Of a stretch of DNA of 64,000 bases, positions 12,386 to 26,742 are shown piece by piece (the first letter of the stretch is position 1; every line of letters starts with the position of its first letter). The stretch lies in NCBI GenBank assembly GCA_017499595.2, contig CM039010.1:930001-994000 (forward strand), written 5' to 3'. The position numbers and the translations under genes are program-made. The notes beneath the pieces were generated by a model. That model was not told the DNA's origin and did not search any database. It saw only the letters and a list, made by a program, of their open reading frames with translations. Source of the stretch: Psilocybe cubensis. Lineage: Eukaryota.

Positions 12386-12922
12386 ATGACCGTTCTTGTA
12401 TTGATGGACACGACACGCTCATATGTTGTACTTTGTGAGGATTTAATGACTTGTATTGTAGTATATCATACCGTACCGTATAAAAGATTGGAATGGACTT
12501 GCTTATGCTCATGGTACCATCGATTTCTATTCTAATTTCGAGTGATGGAATGCGTTCTTAATTGTGATGTGGTGAACGATATGTTCCTTCCTTCGTCTTC
12601 GAATTCATGTGGTCACGATCCTTGCAGCATCGCAAAATAATTTGCCGCTTGGAGGATCGAAACGTTAGGTCAGCGTTACTTGTACGGTGGACGAATTAGC
12701 TGAACAGTGATTTGATGGATTACTAATTAGTGGCACATGCGCAGTCCTTGCGCGTCGCGAAAAGCCCCTAAATATATAGCTCTAAATAAAGACGTCTAGG
12801 TATAGCGCACACAGTCTAAATGAGTCGGATTTATTTGGAATCGAAACATGTTATATAATATTTTACACTGGAAATTTAACTTCTACTAACTTTCTTTCCC
12901 CAACCAGTGAGGTGAAAACCGT

Positions 12923-14641
12923 TTACACGCCCCAGTCAAATAAATCATCTCTAAACCCATACGCACGCATCAATGACTCCTCTAATGGAGCAAGTCTGCA
13001 CTTCCTTTCGCTCGAAGATATTTTCTCCAAAAGACCACCTAAATACTGTACGTCCTGAGGATCCTGTTCGTCGATCCAATTAGGGTTTGTGTATGTGACA
13101 TCAAAGTGTAAAGGAGGGAGAGCTACGGTTAAGACGATCAGTAATTATTCCCATTCAGCATATCAAACATACCATTCAATAATGCTGACGCTAATAAAGA
13201 AGAGGCTTCTCCACGTGGCCCCAAAAAATGGCCTGCCCGTTTACAATCTCCTTTTTCTTGAAGTTTTATTCTGGACTCTACCATTGCGATTATGAGTTTG
13301 ATTGGAAAGGATACAACTCCCCTGTACCAAAAGCTGGTCAGATAAGGAAGATGTTCCTTTTGATCCTCTTGACTGAGATTTGGATCAACGGTGAGGAGTT
13401 CCATCATGCGACCGGGAAGAGGCGACCTGTCAGGGGGTGCTGATAACAATGTCAACAGCTCGATGGAACTGGTATGTGCTAACTGACGGAGCATATCCAC
13501 AAATTCGTCATTATAGCTATTTTGGCGACCCACTGATTGAATGAAAATTTCCGAAAGGTTGAACGACGACCGCTCGGATAAGTTGAGGAATGCAGATGTC
13601 CAGCTTTCAACTCCGTCCAGGACAAGGTTGAAGTAAGAGAGGTTGAAGTCGGCCTTTTTCAAGGATGGGGTGTTTAGGTAGCTCAGGAACCTAGCGCAAG
13701 TAAAATTGTCTGAGGTAATCTTCAAGTTCTCCAGATGTCGAAGATAGATAGTCGGTTGCAAATTTTCTACGGGGAATGAGCCGATGAGATTGCAATCTAG
13801 GGTTCTCAACGAAACGCATAATGATAAACTGCTGAGAGAAAGCCGAAATTCATCCAATATGGTTCCCAATATCCCAATAGGCTGATTCAAGCCGCTCCGA
13901 ACGACAGTTTGTAAGTACACCAAGTTTGCCCAATTAACCGACAGATTCGTCGGGGTTCCAAGGCCCGCTCGAAGGTATTGAAGTTTAATCGCGTCGTCAA
14001 AATCCCACCGAAGGTGAGGGGGAGGAGGTTTCAAACTTCTGAGGTTAACCTGGAGAGTCTTCAGCAGTGGGAAACGTGGACGCGTCATTTGAGATAATGC
14101 CACCGAAAGGCCAGTGAATGGTTGACAATAAAGCTTTTCCCATCGGCGGCAGCTTTTAGCAATCATAAGGAAATAGTTTACAGGCGGCTCCCATCCCACC
14201 TCAGACCTTGAAAGTATGGTGGTGATTCGAAGGTCCAAAGGACAGTTTTGGCTTCGTTTAATCCAATCTTGAAGCAGTTGCTTCTGAGTGAGAAAGCGAC
14301 TTGGCGAAAGAGAAATCCTGACTTGGCGCCAAAGTCGAGGAGTGGACTGGAGTGGACCACGCAAGCTCCCTCCAGGCTTTGCAAACGCTTCCAATTAAGA
14401 ATTGAACCGGAGGGAGTGGGTGGAAAAGGTCGGTCTCTAGATTGCGGACGTCTTCACATGCCATAATAAAAATATCGGACACGATGTCGATAGGAAGGGC
14501 TGATAGGATAGGTTTTGTGTCGTATTGAACAGCAGTGTGGCTGGTAGTTGAGTGCGACTCGCTGAAATCACTTTCTAAGCCGTCGGATATAGCATTCAAA
14601 TTATCGCCATTAGCGACCATCGATTCTGCTTGATCGTCCAT
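12923..14641 (-). pseudogene. F-box/LRR-like gene disrupted by a 10-bp tandem duplication
   Basis: ORF 14258-14641 carries the F-box (LPIDIVSDIF...GSVCKAWRELAWSTP). The expected continuation STPRLW is in another frame (13138-14394) because of GTCCACTCCA-GTCCACTCCT (plus 14339-14358). The final exon ends ...DWGV* at 12923. Confidence 0.75.
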
Positions 14642-17284
14642 CCGACGTGAAACTAAAGTCGGTATTCAAAGCTGAGCGCTGAAGTCCCTTAGATTTACTT
14701 TATCGGAGTTGGGGGACGATCAAAAATAGTACACCGCGCCGGTGACGTTGTGCCTCAGGGGGTGACTGATTTAGAGCATGAGCATGATGACGTTGGAAAT
14801 GGGGAAACATCCATCGTAGTTTTGAATGCAAAATTGCCTTTGTTTGCTGTTGAGAGCTACCCTTAATACCTCTCCAGGCTTTGATCGTGATTCAGTGATG
14901 ATAGAATCAACAGTGATATTGATAAAGTTTTATCGAGGGTCCCAATGGGCGAAGCAGTATTAAACGGCTCCAAAATGCTACAGCGCGGGGATGTTCTCCG
15001 CCTGAGCTCTGTGATGATTCAAAGCTATTATTTAAATGGGCAAAGAACTGTAGGGGGTTGTGTTTCGAGTGTAGTTGTTTTGGAAGAGATTGATATCGTT
15101 AATAAGCGACAAAGCATTACGCGTATCTGCGTATCATCATGGCAATCAGCTTCGAAGCGTACCTTCGTTGAAGTCCAATCGGGGTTTCAACAGAATCCGG
15201 CAGGGCGGCATTTTTGCAGGCCGAAAGAATACTTGCGGTTGTAAACTCTCATAGTAACTCAATTACCCTTGAAATTCACCAGCCTTTGGTTAGAGTAGTA
15301 TAATTTAGATAATTTTCCTAGAGGGTGATGCAATGCCTTGTTCTTTGTTAATATTTTGACGTAGCACCATGCTCTGAATATCAATGACCCGCCGCTGCAC
15401 ATGCAACGCCCACTATCGCAGATACTATTCCCCGTTAACTAACAAACTCAGCGGAAGTTTACTTTTAAAGACGACACATGCCTGATTCCATTGTGCTTGT
15501 ACCGCTGTGAGGAAAGACCTGTGGCGCATGGTTGATTGAAAATGGTATCTTAGGTATCGCATGACCTTCAGAGCACAAGTCGTCGCTATTCTTAGACGCG
15601 GAATCGCAAGTTTGAGAGCGTCTTCGGTCGATAAATTTGCGATAGACATGAAAAATGGCTATAGTTGAAATCATGAATTTCATTGCCATCAACCAATTCT
15701 CAGTTAGTATTAGTGCCGCACATTCACGATCTCTTGCCCATCGTGGGACTGAACCATAAGCTCGTGCATAAAAAGGAGAAGTACATTCAAGAACTAAGCA
15801 CTTATCCCCCACCTCCATCACCATAACGCTTCAGTTCAAACTAGAAAACGATGCATTTTTATCTGCTCGCCACCATTCTTGTTAGCTGCAGTACGTATAG
15901 TTATTTGCTCCATCTTATAAAAAACTTGGCCATCTAATGTAACCATTCACGTATTAGTGTCAGCCTTTGTGTCTTCCAGTCCTATTGCCGAGCTAGCACA
16001 GTTTGACTCGACTCTTGTAAGTATAGTGATCCTGATACATGTTTTTATCTCATTAAAGTACTGCCCATACAGCCACGAGAGATTGCCTCCCCTGGAATTG
16101 CTCGTGAGGCCAAGGAAGCATGCTCTATTAACCAAGGCACTTGCTTCTAGTGGTGTTACAGTCCTTAATGAGCATAATTGCGGGATATTCTGTCTCTTGG
16201 TGCATTGAGAAGGATTGGGGTTGCTTATAGTAATGAGCTTATACAACGTTATACTACCAGTGAAACACTTCTCCAATGCCTACTGCTGCTTAAATCCTTT
16301 GACTTTTGAGTGAATGAAACCTAAAAGTAGAATTTTATCTTTTCGATGATTAAATACAGCTTGTAGAGCAATGAATGACTTTGGAAACTACTTTGCTGCA
16401 AGATTATATTGTGAGTTTCAACGAAAGCTGTCATTGATGAGATAGACATATACTTTCCGTGGTTAAGAAGATACCCAGATTAGATGCATATTCGCTCTGA
16501 CTTTTTCAACGTAGATTGAAAGATACCCGGAAGATGTCGCCGGATCGGCAATCCGTTCGGAAGTCGAGGTTGAGCCCTACATCCAAACGCTGGATGGGAA
16601 TAAGATAGCTTACCTGGTATTTGGATCTTCTTATTACTGGATCTACCAGACTTTGTTTATATCCGTAGAACATCGATGTGTAGATGAACTTGATAATTGT
16701 CTCTTAATTTCCCCAGAATTTTTTTCCATCCTAAACCATAGCTCCGTAGGCCAACCGGGCGATATGGTAGCAGTATTTTAATCTTCTTGCTGGGTCTAAA
16801 TAAACCAGATGATGGATATATGTCAGAACAAATTACTTGCACTTAACAGATAGCATTAACATCCAAAGCGTCTACTATGGTAATGTGAGTAAAGTCAAAT
16901 CGAATTAACGAGCGCTTATCAAAGGGACAGCCGTGTGAGCGGCTTACTAAACACTGGACTTGGCAAATCTTTGATCGTGGTTTGACAATTCGATTGGCAT
17001 TTATTTGCCTGAGTAACCAATAGTAATCGTGTTGAGCTTCAGAGTCAGATGTAGAGGAACCGGGCCCTTTTAAGAATACTGTTTATAGCAGTAGTTGCTA
17101 CTAGATCATGAAAAGAGATCATTGAAAACCTCGGACTCTGAACGGGTATTTAATGAAAACAAAAATACAAATGCACCCAACATGATAACAGATCGCAGTA
17201 CGGAGACAGGCTACAGAGAGACAGGAGACGTTTGATAACGGTAAACAAGTAAACAATATAAACAGTACAGCAGAAGTTGGTCCA

Positions 17285-19287
17285 TTATTCAGAAAATCCT
17301 CGACTTATGGTTGGACTACGTTTTGATCGGGTCATCCTCAAAGGGCCAAGAGGATCATAATGTCGGTCTTCTCCATCCAAAAACAAGGATGATTTTTCAC
17401 TATTCGCGTTTCTCGACACAGCTGATAAATGGCTGGGTGATGTACTCGCGCCAGGTGATTCGACTGTGCCAGGCGACGTGCGTGCACCAAGCGATGTCAG
17501 TACGCCAGACGATGTGAGTGTACCAGGCGACGTGAGTGTGCCAGGCGACGTGATTGTACCAGGGGAGGTGATTGAGGTGAGGGTTCCAGGGAATGTACCC
17601 CCACCAGCTGTCCTGCTGAGAAGATCGCTATCGGATGGGGAGTATTCCTGAGGGTAGCTAGGGGGCCGTTCAAACAGAGTCCTCCGATTGCGGAGCCAAC
17701 TCGGTTGAGGAATCTGAATTTTCGTTCTCAAAGTTGCCTCATTTCGGGATCCTTGATATCCAGCTTGAGAGAGCCTAAATGGGTACACCTGTTGATCTGC
17801 GGGGCTCTGCCCAAGCTCCGAGTTTCCCTCTGCCCAGCGCGATAAGACAGGTGAAGCCACCTGTTCATTGGCCTTGGAACGCCGTCGAGACAAAACGTAC
17901 AATCCGACTGCCGCTAGAAAAGCCCCCAAGAACAATGTGGCAAAACTTGCCCCTACAGCAACCGGAACTTTAACATTATGACTAAAGCATAATCAGAGAT
18001 ATGCCAAACTGAAATAGATTGTTCTGACCTAACAGTCACATTGCCGGCAAGGCATGCACTAGACACGCCGCTCCCTGCATGAAGAGGCCCGTTCGACCAT
18101 AGCGCTCCCTTTGAATCCGCCAAACTGATGAAGAACGGAGATGCCCAGCTAAGGCTGACAGTCCAATTGATGGGCTGCATGTTCTGTGACGTGATGTTAT
18201 AAGGAGGGTGGAGAGCCGGCGCAACCTAAAAAAATGATGTCAAACATGGCACAAAAGATACCATTAGAGGTTAAACTGACTGTTAAGGTGAATGGGGGAC
18301 TCCCCGAGGTCGGGGTCACAGATATATCTGTACACTAATGACGTGAGCTATCTATCAGAGATAGTTTTAAACGTCAAATGACCATAACACTCACCTGGTC
18401 TATGAACCCGTATTGGGATAAGTTCCCGTTGCTCACTAACGCAGAGACCTCTAGTTGTGGGGAAAAAGTCACGTTTGTGCATGTAGGTGGTGAACTCGGG
18501 GCGATGACGGTGTACCTGTCCTGGCAGCCGCCAGTGTTTCCGAAATTATCAAACTACAAGATGTTCATATTAAAACAAAGTAGTATGAAGATAATATGGG
18601 CAATCCAACCATGCATATCTGGTACTATGGTGATGAATCAGAACCGGAGACCATCAACTGCGCAGGTCTTAATTACTTACTATAGTTCCTGGAGCAAATG
18701 GAACCGTCCAGTCCTATTGATATATATGAACAATGAACTCGCTAAGTGTAACGTGTAGCACCTACGAAGCTAAGTTGACTTCCGGCTGGAATGATAAAAG
18801 GTTGGATAAAGTTTCTGTATTATCATTAGCCGAGTTGAGTATTAGTACAATGATTTGAAAACCTACGATGTGTATACATGAAGAAAATATGGAGCGCTTG
18901 GGTTAGGCCTTGATAAACAAAAGGTTAAAAAAATGTTCGTTTTAACAGAAATTGATTGTATAAGAGGATTACCCAGTCGCAGAGCTTCGAGACCATGTGA
19001 TATGAAGGGTCTCGCATTGTTCTGGACAGAGTAACATTAGATATGAGCTTATTCGCTTGTTTGTGAGTAATGAGAATTTACCTGTTACGGTCACAGGAAA
19101 TGGCGCGGTTGGATCGCCCCAAGAGAAGAGAAACGACTAGAATTTCGTGTCAGCCAGGAGGACCACTGAGGCCAAAGTAGGGAGAAGGTTACACTACCAG
19201 TGGTAAGTTAGGTGTAACGAATGTTGACTGAACGACAGATACTCCTGTGGCCACCCACAAAGCAAGCCAAAACACAGCGCCTGCCAT
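17285..19287 (-). CDS. Type I membrane protein: signal peptide, Cys-containing extracellular domain, single TM, Ser/Thr/Pro tail
   Basis: Exons: MAGAVFWLALWVATGVSVVQS, SFLFSWGDP, QCETLHITWSRS, CTDISVTP, APALHPPYNITS, INWTVSLSWASPFFISL; TM FLGAFLAAVGLYVL followed by RRRSK. Confidence 0.75.
17440..17600 (-). repeat. Degenerate 18-bp coding repeat (TSPGTL-like, about 7 units)
   Basis: Translation TSPGTI-TSPGTL-TSPGTL-TSSGVL-TSLGAR-TSPGTV-ESPGAS-TSP. Confidence 0.8.
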
Positions 19288-21141
19288 CGTGACAAGGGTT
19301 CTAGGTTGAGCAACAGCAAGCCTGGTCAGCTAATCAAGTGGCCAGAAATTCTGCCCTGCGACTTACCTCACTGCGTGAATGGAGAATCCGACCAGCGATC
19401 AATCTCCTTGTGAAGCAAACGAAACTGAAGTCTATTCAGCAATACCAATGAATGAGGGACAACGACTGCGCCAGAGTCATGAGAAGAAAAGGAATCGGAA
19501 GAGGTGAGGCGTGTGGGGAAAGTGGTGTTTACATTGTTTCATTCCAACGTTGGCTCTATATCACAAGTGCAATCCCAAATAGACACACTTGTCGTTTGTG
19601 AGAATCCGAAAAATTTGATTGACCTCCTTATATATTGATCAATAGATGATGAAGGTCGATATGTGTTGGTTACTAAGTTTCTTTGGGTAGACAGGATCCC
19701 GCTTGTTAGTCGTAATTATTCCAGAATCTGCCCAATAGCGGACAGGTATCGAGGCTATGTTTGGTTTGATCAGAGAGATACAACGGTTTGTACGTTGCTA
19801 TGATGGCCAAGTACAACAAACCAACTCGAGTGATCCTCTGGAATAAGAGTACTGGGTAAACTTGTGATATGTGATTCATATCCCTTTGATCTTATCAATG
19901 AAAATCTGAATATCTGAGTAATCGTTCACTTCTATAATCATGCTCGGTGCCCAGAGACTCACTTCGTTATTTCCCTCGAGCCAATAGCTTACTCTGTGAA
20001 ATCACCGAGATTTTTTAGGCAGCGAGAGTCTCAGAAACAATGTTACCCAATCATACTTAAAAGGTTGTAGATATCATCGACGGCGGGTTAGGCGGGTGTT
20101 CTATTTATGGGCGCTTGGGATGGCTGCTAGCATACAACGAAAACGAATACCGTCCTAAGTCAACTGTCCATGGAGTATACCAGTGTTCGCAAAATCAAAT
20201 TCTGCGAAGGAAAAGAGTAAATTATTACTGACTCCCCAGAGTTAGTTAGATCGATCTCCACGTTGGTACAAGGCCATACTCAATGTCCGAGATGAGGGGA
20301 TACCTCAATTTACAGACTTAAGCGTATCAACAATGATACTTAATTCACCTGGCATTTTTGCGTTTAAAACAATCCGATACTCACGTCCCAGAATCGCTGT
20401 GCCCATTGAAGAAGAAAGTCCAGGAAATCGGCGGCCGAATTTTGCATCTCTGATACTTGTTAGTCGCAACGTCGGGCATGACTGCGCATCTAGAGCCTCA
20501 ATCAAAGTGATTTTTCCTGAAGATGAAGACATGGTTTGGTAGTCGTTAGGACTGTGTGTCAGCACTTGCTAGGTTGCTGAGACAGAAAACCTTCAGATGC
20601 GTTTGTTTTGCGGAAGGAGGTCGAGCATATAAGACAGCCACGCATTTAAGATGTGGCCTCAACTGAACGTAGATATAAGCAAGAACATATATGCCACAGC
20701 AAGAGACAGACACAGTCCAGACCTGACAATGTGCATTGGAAAGCAATGAGGTTTGATGTAATCTTGATATAACCGTAGTATAGGGGTCCGCTACTACGTA
20801 TTGAAGTGGGCTGTAGATCCAGTAAGAAGTTGATCATTAACAAGCGATGTACCTGATTCCCAAGAAAAGATGGAAGATTTCTCTTCGACGTGAGTACAAA
20901 TACGAAAAAGATCTTCGACAGTATAGCTTTGGTTGAAACAGGAACATGATAGTTGCACGTTGAAGGGGGTGGAAAAGTGTCACGCTTTAGTTGCTGAAGC
21001 TGCTGACTAATATTAATAACACTAAATATTAATACGGCCGGGGAATGCCGAGGGAGTGCTTGGTTGAGGCCTTTCGTCCAAACAATATACCAAAAGCATT
21101 GCCGACAACCAACTTTGCTTTTTTGAACCATTACCACCACC

Positions 21142-24100
21142 ATGTCGGACGAGGAAGACCAGCACATGTTTAGAAATGAAGAAGAGGATGAGGATGGGCA
21201 TGCTGAAGAAGACGAAAATGTTGAAGATGACGACGAAGTGATGGACGACTCTCGCAAGAAAAACAAGTCTTCAAGAAGGCACCAGGAGGAAGATGACGAA
21301 GAGGAAGATGACGAAGAGGAAGAAGATGAGGACGATGAAGAGGAGGAGGAAGAAGAGGAAGAAATGCATGGTAGAAAGGGAAAGAAACGTGCTAAGGTGT
21401 GTGAGGAGATTGAATTTTCGTCTTATTCGTTTAAATTGACCCTTGTTATAGCATCGTCATAAGCGTTCCGCTTTGAGCAGATTCCTTGATATTGAGGCCG
21501 AAGTCAGCGAAGAGGAGGAAGAGGAAGAGGAGGATGAAGAATACGGTGCAGGTTAGTAGATCCACCTGCAATCCATTTTGTATGGAGTGTTGACTGTGAT
21601 CAAGACACTTTTATCACCAATGAACATGACGTGGACGACGATGTAACAAGACGAACCAACGCGCTTCTCGATAGCTCGCGTCACTTTGAGGAAGAGGACA
21701 GCAGGAGCCCGGAGGAGATTGCTAAAGCAGTAGCTCGTCGCCACCGAGATCGAGCTGCTCCATATACTGGCGATATGAACGAGATACCACAACGACTTCT
21801 TATGCCGTCTGTGCACGACGCCAGTCTTTGGCAAGTCCGCGTGAAGGTATGTTTTGTGTTGGTATTACAGGAATAACTTTGTTTTGTTGACGTAACGACC
21901 AGCCGGGTCGCGAACGCGACATTGTATTCAGTCTCATGAGGAAAGCCATCGACGTCGAATATACCGCACGTCCCCTCAGCATCGTCTCAGCTTTCCAACG
22001 TGATTCATTACCCGGTATGATCTACGTCGAAGCCCGCAGTTCTAAACAAGTTCAAGAAGCATGCAATGGTCTTGTTGGTGTATACCCCAGTCGTGGTATT
22101 CAACTCGTCCCTATTGAGGAAATGGCTAGCCTTCTGCAAATCAAAAAGCAGGAGGCTACGCTTGACATTGGCGCCTGGGTTAGGATACGACGCGGAAAAT
22201 ATGCGGGTGATCTGGCTCAAGTAATGGACCAGACGGATACCGGAGAAGATGTTGGCGTGCGTCTTATCCCGAGAATAGACATGAACCCTCGGGATGATAT
22301 GTCAATTGACCCGCAAGGCAAAAAGCGCAAGAAGACTGCGACTGGTCCCGGCTCGATGCGACCGCCACAGCGACTGTTCAACTACGAGGAAATTCTCAAA
22401 GTTTACGGCCGCAAGAATGTAACCAAACGAAATCAGGCGTTTGTTTTCCAGAACGATACCTACAAGGATGGATTCTTGGAGAAGGACTTCAAAGCAAATG
22501 CTTTGATTACGGAAGATGTGAATCCTACTTTGGACGAGATTACTCAGTTTACCCGACGACAGGATGGAGGCGACGATAACCCTGTCAACTTGTCTGCTAT
22601 CGCTGAGGCATCAAGAAAAGCAGCTATCTCTGTCCTGCAACCCGGAGATCATGTTGAAGTCTTTGAAGGGGAACAATCGGGCGTCCATGGTGTCGTAGAT
22701 GAGATCCATGGTGAAATCGTGACTATCACTGCGCAGGGATTGGACCTTGAAGGACAAAAGATGGAGATTGCAGCTCGAAGCGTGCGCAAAAGATTCAAAC
22801 CTGGAGATCATGTTAAGGTTATGGCGGGTCAGAATGCTGATGAGACGGGTCTTGTGGTATCTGTATCTGAAAATGTGGTCACTTTTGTGTCCGATATGTC
22901 AATGCAAGAGGTGAGAATTTGTTTAATTTTAGCATGCCTATCCCTAAGTCGCCTTCCAGATATCTGTTTTCTCTAAAGACTTACGTGAAGCTGCGGAAGT
23001 TGGTTCCGGCTCCAACGTGGTTGGGAATTATGAACTTTATGATCTCGTTCAACTTGAGTATGTTGCATATCTTGACTATGGTGATATCCATGCTTATACC
23101 CCTTGATTTAGTGCTCAAACTGTTGGTGTTATTTTCAAAACCGAACGGGACTCTTTCAGGGTGCTCGATCAGCATGGTCAAGTCCGCCTCGTTCAACCTC
23201 ACCAGATTTCCATGCGCCGCGACTCCCACAGAGCCATCGCAACCGATTCAGAAGGCCATGAGCTGCGTGTCAACGACAACGTGAAAGAGGTCGATGGAGA
23301 GGTAAAGTTTTATTAATTTCAATATTATCACCCTGTTCTGATTTTTTGCAGGGACGAAAAGGTCGTGTGTTGCATACGCATCAATCTTTCTTTGCATTCT
23401 TGCACAACCGGGATATTGCTGAAAATAGCGGTGTCTTCGTAACGCGGACTCGTTCATTGGCTTCATTGGCGCCCAAGAGTAACGTGTTGAAGACGGCTGG
23501 TGCTGATCTATCAAAAATGAACCCCGCTATGGTTGCCCCAACTGGCGGAATGGTGGGATCTGGCAATATGGGGAGAGGTCCTAGGGATCGTGATATTGGA
23601 GCAACTGTTACCGTCATCAAGGGTCCACATAAGGGCTATGTTGGCACGATCAAAGACACCAATGGGCCCATTGCTCGCGTAGAGTTGAGGACAGGCAACA
23701 AAATCATCATGATTGAAAAGACAAAAATCTATAGGCGCTAGTGCGTTTTTGTTCTATTCCTATCATCGATTTTAATTTTGAGTGATCTACTGACAATTTT
23801 TTGTCCAGCCCTGATGGTCGTTTAGAGCCCTTGGATAAGGCCCCAAGAAATACCGGCTTCGCGACACCCGCTTTACCTGGTCCGGGAATGGGTGGATACG
23901 GCGGGCAACCCATGAACAATGGTGGTCGTACACCGTACAACTCGGGCAAAACGCCCAACCCATACAGCGGCGATTCGCGCACGCCCGCGTGGAATGCGTC
24001 ATCACGGACACCAAATCCATACTCGGACAGTCGTACGCCGGCGTGGAACGCTTCGTCGCGTACACCCAATCCATACGCGGATGGCGGACGGACGCCGGCG

Positions 24101-25071
24101 TGGAATGTGAGCTCGCGTACGCCGAATCCGTATGCGACGGGTGCGAACGCTGGTGCGACGAGTGGCGCGGGCTGGGGTGGTGCGACGCCTGGCAGGAATG
24201 TGGGTGGATGGCAGACGCCTGGACGGGCGACGCAGGCACCGGCATGGAACGCGCCTGCACCCCAGAACGAAGGGTGGGGGTCGCCTTCTAGGGGCGTGGC
24301 ATCCGCACCGACGCCATGGGATAGCTGGGTACGTCCTTTCTGTTTATCTTGTGATTGTTAAGAGATTGATCATGTTTCCTTTGTGATCAGAGTGCACCTA
24401 CTCCTGGTGCTGCCCCTACACCTGGCCTGCATGCTGGTCCTACGCCTGCGTATGCAACTCCGGCCCCCCATATCCAAACGCCAGCTGCTGGTGGGTGGAG
24501 TGCCGACGCACATAACGTTGCCACACCTGGTGTTATGCCAAATGTCTTCGAACTTACCAATCCAGATGAAGGTACGCATAACAGAAATTTTCGCACACTC
24601 GCCCCCATACAAATTCTGACTTTTTATTTCATTTTCAATCCAGACCTTGACGGAGAGTGGATGTTCGAACCAGAACTTGTGAATTACATCGGGCGCGTTA
24701 AAGTCATCGTCGACAGCAAACAAGGCCGCTCCAACTATAGCGAATACAACGGCCGCCGCGGACGCATCACCACTGCACAGAAGGTTCCCACGGCGTTCCA
24801 GCAAACGGTGCTCGTCAGGTTCATGGATCGCCCGGGGCAGTCAGAGGAGGTCAGTTTACCGTCGAGTTGCGTTGTACCTGTGCAACCGTCGTACAGCAAC
24901 GAGGAAGTGCTAGTACTTGGGGGCAAGAGGATAGGAAATGCGCTGGTAATCAGAGAGAAGCCTGAGCCTGGGGATAAGAAGGTTGTCGTTTCGAGCAAGG
25001 AGACACCGTTGAATATTGATAATGTGCCCATGAATCTGGTAGGGGCGATGTATGAGGAGGGCAGTTTCTAA
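21142..25071 (+). CDS. SPT5: Transcription elongation factor Spt5
   Basis: Acidic N-terminus, RFLDIEAEV, LLMPSVHDASLWQVRVK/PGRER, NGN domain (PGMIYVEA), KOW motifs (WVRIRRGKYAGDLAQV, LQPGDHVEV, KRFKPGDHVKV, KGPHKGYVG), CTR repeats RTPAWNASSRTPNPY. Confidence 0.97.
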
Positions 25072-25466
25072 TTTTTTTTGTTGTTTTCCCTCCCCCTTTG
25101 ACCTGTTCTATTTGTCACTTTCATCTTCGCATGGCCGGCATGTTTCCCTACTTTTGGCAGTGTACTTTTCCACATTTCTTCATCCGTCTTTTTTTTTGTT
25201 GTGTTCGTCTCACCCATTTTTTAATTTCAACCATATTTGTATAGTAGGCACAAATTCTATCAACTGGGATTATTCTGTCATTATACTGTTAAGCGTTGTT
25301 TCAGCGCGTTTTGTAGCGTTGTAGATGTGTTAAAATATTAGATAGAAGGGCCAAATAGAGTGTAGAAGCGTTAAGAGGTCGAATGAGGTTTGATCGTGTT
25401 TTGAATTTGATTTGTGCCGACGCGTCGAAGACTCAACTGGTAAAGTTCTTCTTACCAACAACGGTC

Positions 25467-25737
25467 ATGGCCAAACAGAGTCTTCCTCTCGAAGCTCGTC
25501 GAATACGAACCATCATTGTTACGCTGCCTATTATAACAGCGTGTTCATGTGCGTAACGTCTTCTCCAGTTTCACGCATGGGAAATTTCTTAGACGACTTT
25601 TCTTCTTAGTTGTTTTGTACAAGCGGCTGGTGCTTGGAGAGGATCAGCGCAAGTTGCCCAGCGCGTTGGACGCTGAGAATCAGAACATGAGGATTTTGGA
25701 AACGCAGAAGAAGGATGGAACGCCAAAGATTATTTGA
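25467..25737 (+). CDS. Small (about 70 aa) single-TM protein, one intron
   Basis: Spliced MAKQSLPLEARRIRTIIVTLPIITACSFVLYKRLVLGEDQRKLPSALDAE...KII*; GT-AG intron at about 25549-25608. Confidence 0.65.
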
Positions 25738-25934
25738 TGTGGTGTAGGATGAATAGAAGAAACTCTATGAATTCTGGCCCGGTTTCGTCATGGACGATGG
25801 CAATGTGGAAAACGACTACTTATCGCAGGATGTGTACACGCTGCCGAGCGAGATGAATAAAATAACCAACCCCATACTATGCCCTCTGCTCTAAAGTGCC
25901 CTCCTCTCCACTTCACATGGAACGAGAAACGCGC

Positions 25935-26444
25935 TTATTTGCTTGGTGGAGCTTCTGATTGGGGGATGATGCGTGTGCCGGGGATTCTGGCGGGGTTGAA
26001 TGAGCGGTCGCAGTCAGCCCAGGCCGCTCCCGCTCCAAAGCCAGTGGATAGCGCGATGGGCCATGTCCGTCCTGCAGAAAGAATGGAAATGGGGATTTAG
26101 TTTCGGATTGAGAGTGACGTTGGATATTTGGAGACACGAACGGCGGAAGAGGATAACGGAGGCGACAACGCCTGCGCCAAAGCCGACACCTCTGTGGGTA
26201 TTGTCAGCATGAGAATATTGGGTTCGTCAAGGTGCAGACTTACGCCTTCACAAGGAGGTCCGCCACTTTGTGTGATTACACCCGGTTAACTGATGATACC
26301 AAACCGCGAATGTGAATACGAGACTTACAGCACCGATCATACTGCAAGAGACATCAGCTTGAGAAGTATAACGTAGAGTATGCACATACGCACTTTCTGG
26401 CCTAAAATATCCTCGCTGGACACTGGCTTTTGTGTGGCGGACAT
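25935..26444 (-). CDS. MIC10: MICOS complex subunit Mic10
   Basis: Five short exons give MSATQKPVSSEDILGQKYDRCLADLLVKAGVGFGAGVVASVILFRRRTWPIALSTGFGAGAAWADCDRSFNP...: two Gly-motif TMs joined by a basic RRR loop, as in Mic10. Confidence 0.9.
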
Positions 26445-26742
26445 GTTTAATGAGGGGTCTTGGAACTGTAATGCAGGCCGAATGGACGAGCACGACGGGA
26501 GCAACCGTGAGCACCGTGTTTGGTCTCAGGGGCACTGCCAATCAGCCAGAAAAGGAAAGACTGATAATCCCAAGTGTCGGGCACTGCACCCATTCATTGG
26601 CTGCGGCCTTCATCATCGGCGCCAGTGTCCAGCTGCGTTCTCATACACACATACTTAAAGCTGCGCAGGACTCGGCTAATCATCTTTATCACATACGCCC
26701 CCCCAATCTTGACTTTGTATTCCACCCCTTGCAGCCAGCAGA

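Noticed and set aside
14900-16900. Short ORF fragments that might be a decayed gene
   Set aside because: I could not assemble a consistent spliced frame or recognise a motif.
23930-24135. RTPAWNASSRTPNPY tandem repeats
   Set aside because: This is the known Spt5 C-terminal repeat region, not novel.
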